Shown here one piece after another: positions 62,367 to 64,000 of a DNA stretch of 64,000 nucleotides. The stretch lies in assembly GCA_051294905.1 (NCBI GenBank), contig CM119383.1, forward strand, positions 6,696,001 through 6,760,000, given 5' to 3'. Made by a program: the position numbers and the translations under genes. Below the pieces are notes generated by a model, which worked only from the letters and a program-made list of their open reading frames with translations, was not told the origin of the DNA and made no database searches. Origin of the DNA: Botryllus schlosseri (Eukaryota). Position 1 is the first letter of the stretch. The number at the start of each line of letters is the position of its first letter.

Positions 62367-64000
62367 GTATTGCGTGTGGGATGTTTTTTGAACTTCAATA
62401 TCATTGTCACGGAGCATTTATTCGTTCAATACCACGTGTCCGACTAAGAAAAGCGTCACATACCTATTTTTGCGTTATCGAAACCAATCTATACGCACTT
62501 CCGTGCGAGCCAAGGCGAACACTGTCATGCACAATTGACGAAGCACGGGTCACAGAGTTAAGCGGCGCGATCTCATTGCCTCGAAAACATTTCTAAATTC
62601 CGCGGAGCATGTAGCTCCCGGATCGCGACAATGTCGCATTGCGGGCGAATTCGATCATTTCCGTTCAGCGTCTGTGTGTGTTTATTTTCTGATTCAATCT
62701 GCCTCAATTACAGTCCGAGCCGCTTTCCGGAACAGGAAAATTTCACTCTCACCGCTCCTAATCACGATCGCGAATACTTGTTTATTTTTCTGTATCATTC
62801 TCACAAGCAATTTGCCATAGCGATATTCAATTATGCGTTCAACGCATAGAATCGTCACTCCTATTTATCATCACGCGTTACTATCATAATATACACAAGT
62901 TGGAACATGTTTCGTCCCCAGCTGTTCTATAGGATTTTGAAGTCGTCGATAACTTATCGTTTTGCGGTTACGAAATGGTATTTTAGTCGACATAGGATAT
63001 TTAGGTTATTTTTCAGAGTACCCTCGTTATAGATATCTGTGTTGAAATCTGATACTAAAATGGCAAGTAAATATTATACGGGTAATTATCGGAAAGCAAC
63101 TCTAAAAATCGGAGATGGAAGAAAGTAATATTTCAACGAGTGCGTGTCACGGCACCAATGTGACGTCACCATGTAACTTTAGATTGTTAAGAACAAGTGT
63201 GAGTAAAATCATGCTTCGTATAAAAATGATGCCACCTGTGGTAATCACGTTGAGTCCCTCAACAGTCGGGTGCTGCGCACGTCGCTCTGTATTGGAATAG
63301 TAATCATCACACTGCGCCCTTTACTTACATTTCAAGATATTTACCAATGCGTGCATCTTCCGGTATCTTCCGTAATTATATTTGAATAGCGAAGCGAAGC
63401 ATTCGTTTCTTCCTGTGCTCGGGAGCATTCCTCACAAGATCCGGAAACTACCTTTTCATGTATAAGGCCACTAACAATCAGTCAGTCGTGAAATGAAAAA
63501 TTATGTCTTCTTTTGATGATTCATGGATGAATTGTATTACTGAAGAAGGAAGCGTGACTCGCGGTGTCTCTCTTCTTCCGCTCACATTAGTTACACGGAT
63601 GATGGCAATTCCTTTTACCTTCCGGCGCAGCTATAGCCCAAAGAAAGGCAGCTTTCAAGATTGGGCACCCAAGTTGCTTGGACATCGCATTAATCATTGC
63701 GATAATTCGTGCTGCTTTGTTATGGCAGTCGGTAGCTCTGACTATGTTTATGTGCCTGTGCAGTTCACACATCCACGACACAAAATTGTGTTTGTTTCGA
63801 GTGTACTCGTGAACTGTTGATCTGTGCTTCATTATGCTTCAAGTACGCCCTAGTGGGCGCGTGATTAGACGTGTATTTGGTTTAGTGTCAGGCCCATGCG
63901 GTTGCTTTAATTTATTGAATCGACTTGACGTGTGTAACTGTGTTTGCTTAATGCTTAATGCTGTGTGTATCCCTTCTACGAATCTGTAATTCGACAATAC

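Noticed and set aside
1-64000. CRISPR arrays, rRNA genes, autonomous transposase or prokaryotic operons
   Set aside because: No repeat-spacer arrays, rRNA-like sequence or long transposase ORF seen; the window is spliceosomal-intron-containing animal DNA.

Overview
Eukaryotic, AT-rich, intron-containing DNA. A connexin gene makes it a chordate, and the compact gene layout, short introns and divergent proteins suggest an invertebrate chordate, probably an ascidian (inference). Five protein-coding genes are supported: a single-exon connexin (3298-4605, -); a 3-exon HHIP-like gene that appears to stop right after its N-terminal cysteine-rich domain (10901-14261, +); a STIM gene with 13 reconstructed coding exons (17373-31532, -; first exon or exons unresolved); an intronless cytoplasmic alanyl-tRNA synthetase (36577-39480, -); and a multi-exon type-I membrane protein with one GDNF-receptor/GAS1-type domain (50028 to about 62366, +; model partial). 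Introns and intergenic DNA hold many non-autonomous DNA transposons identified by terminal inverted repeats (TIRs) and target-site duplications (TSDs). These include hAT-type MITEs with 8-bp TSDs (one three-level nest), three CATAG-ended palindromic elements with 7-bp TSDs and a foldback element with a 9-bp TSD. There are also tRNA-derived SINEs and a CR1/L2-type LINE 3' end. All exon models and alignments were made by eye; no database search was run.
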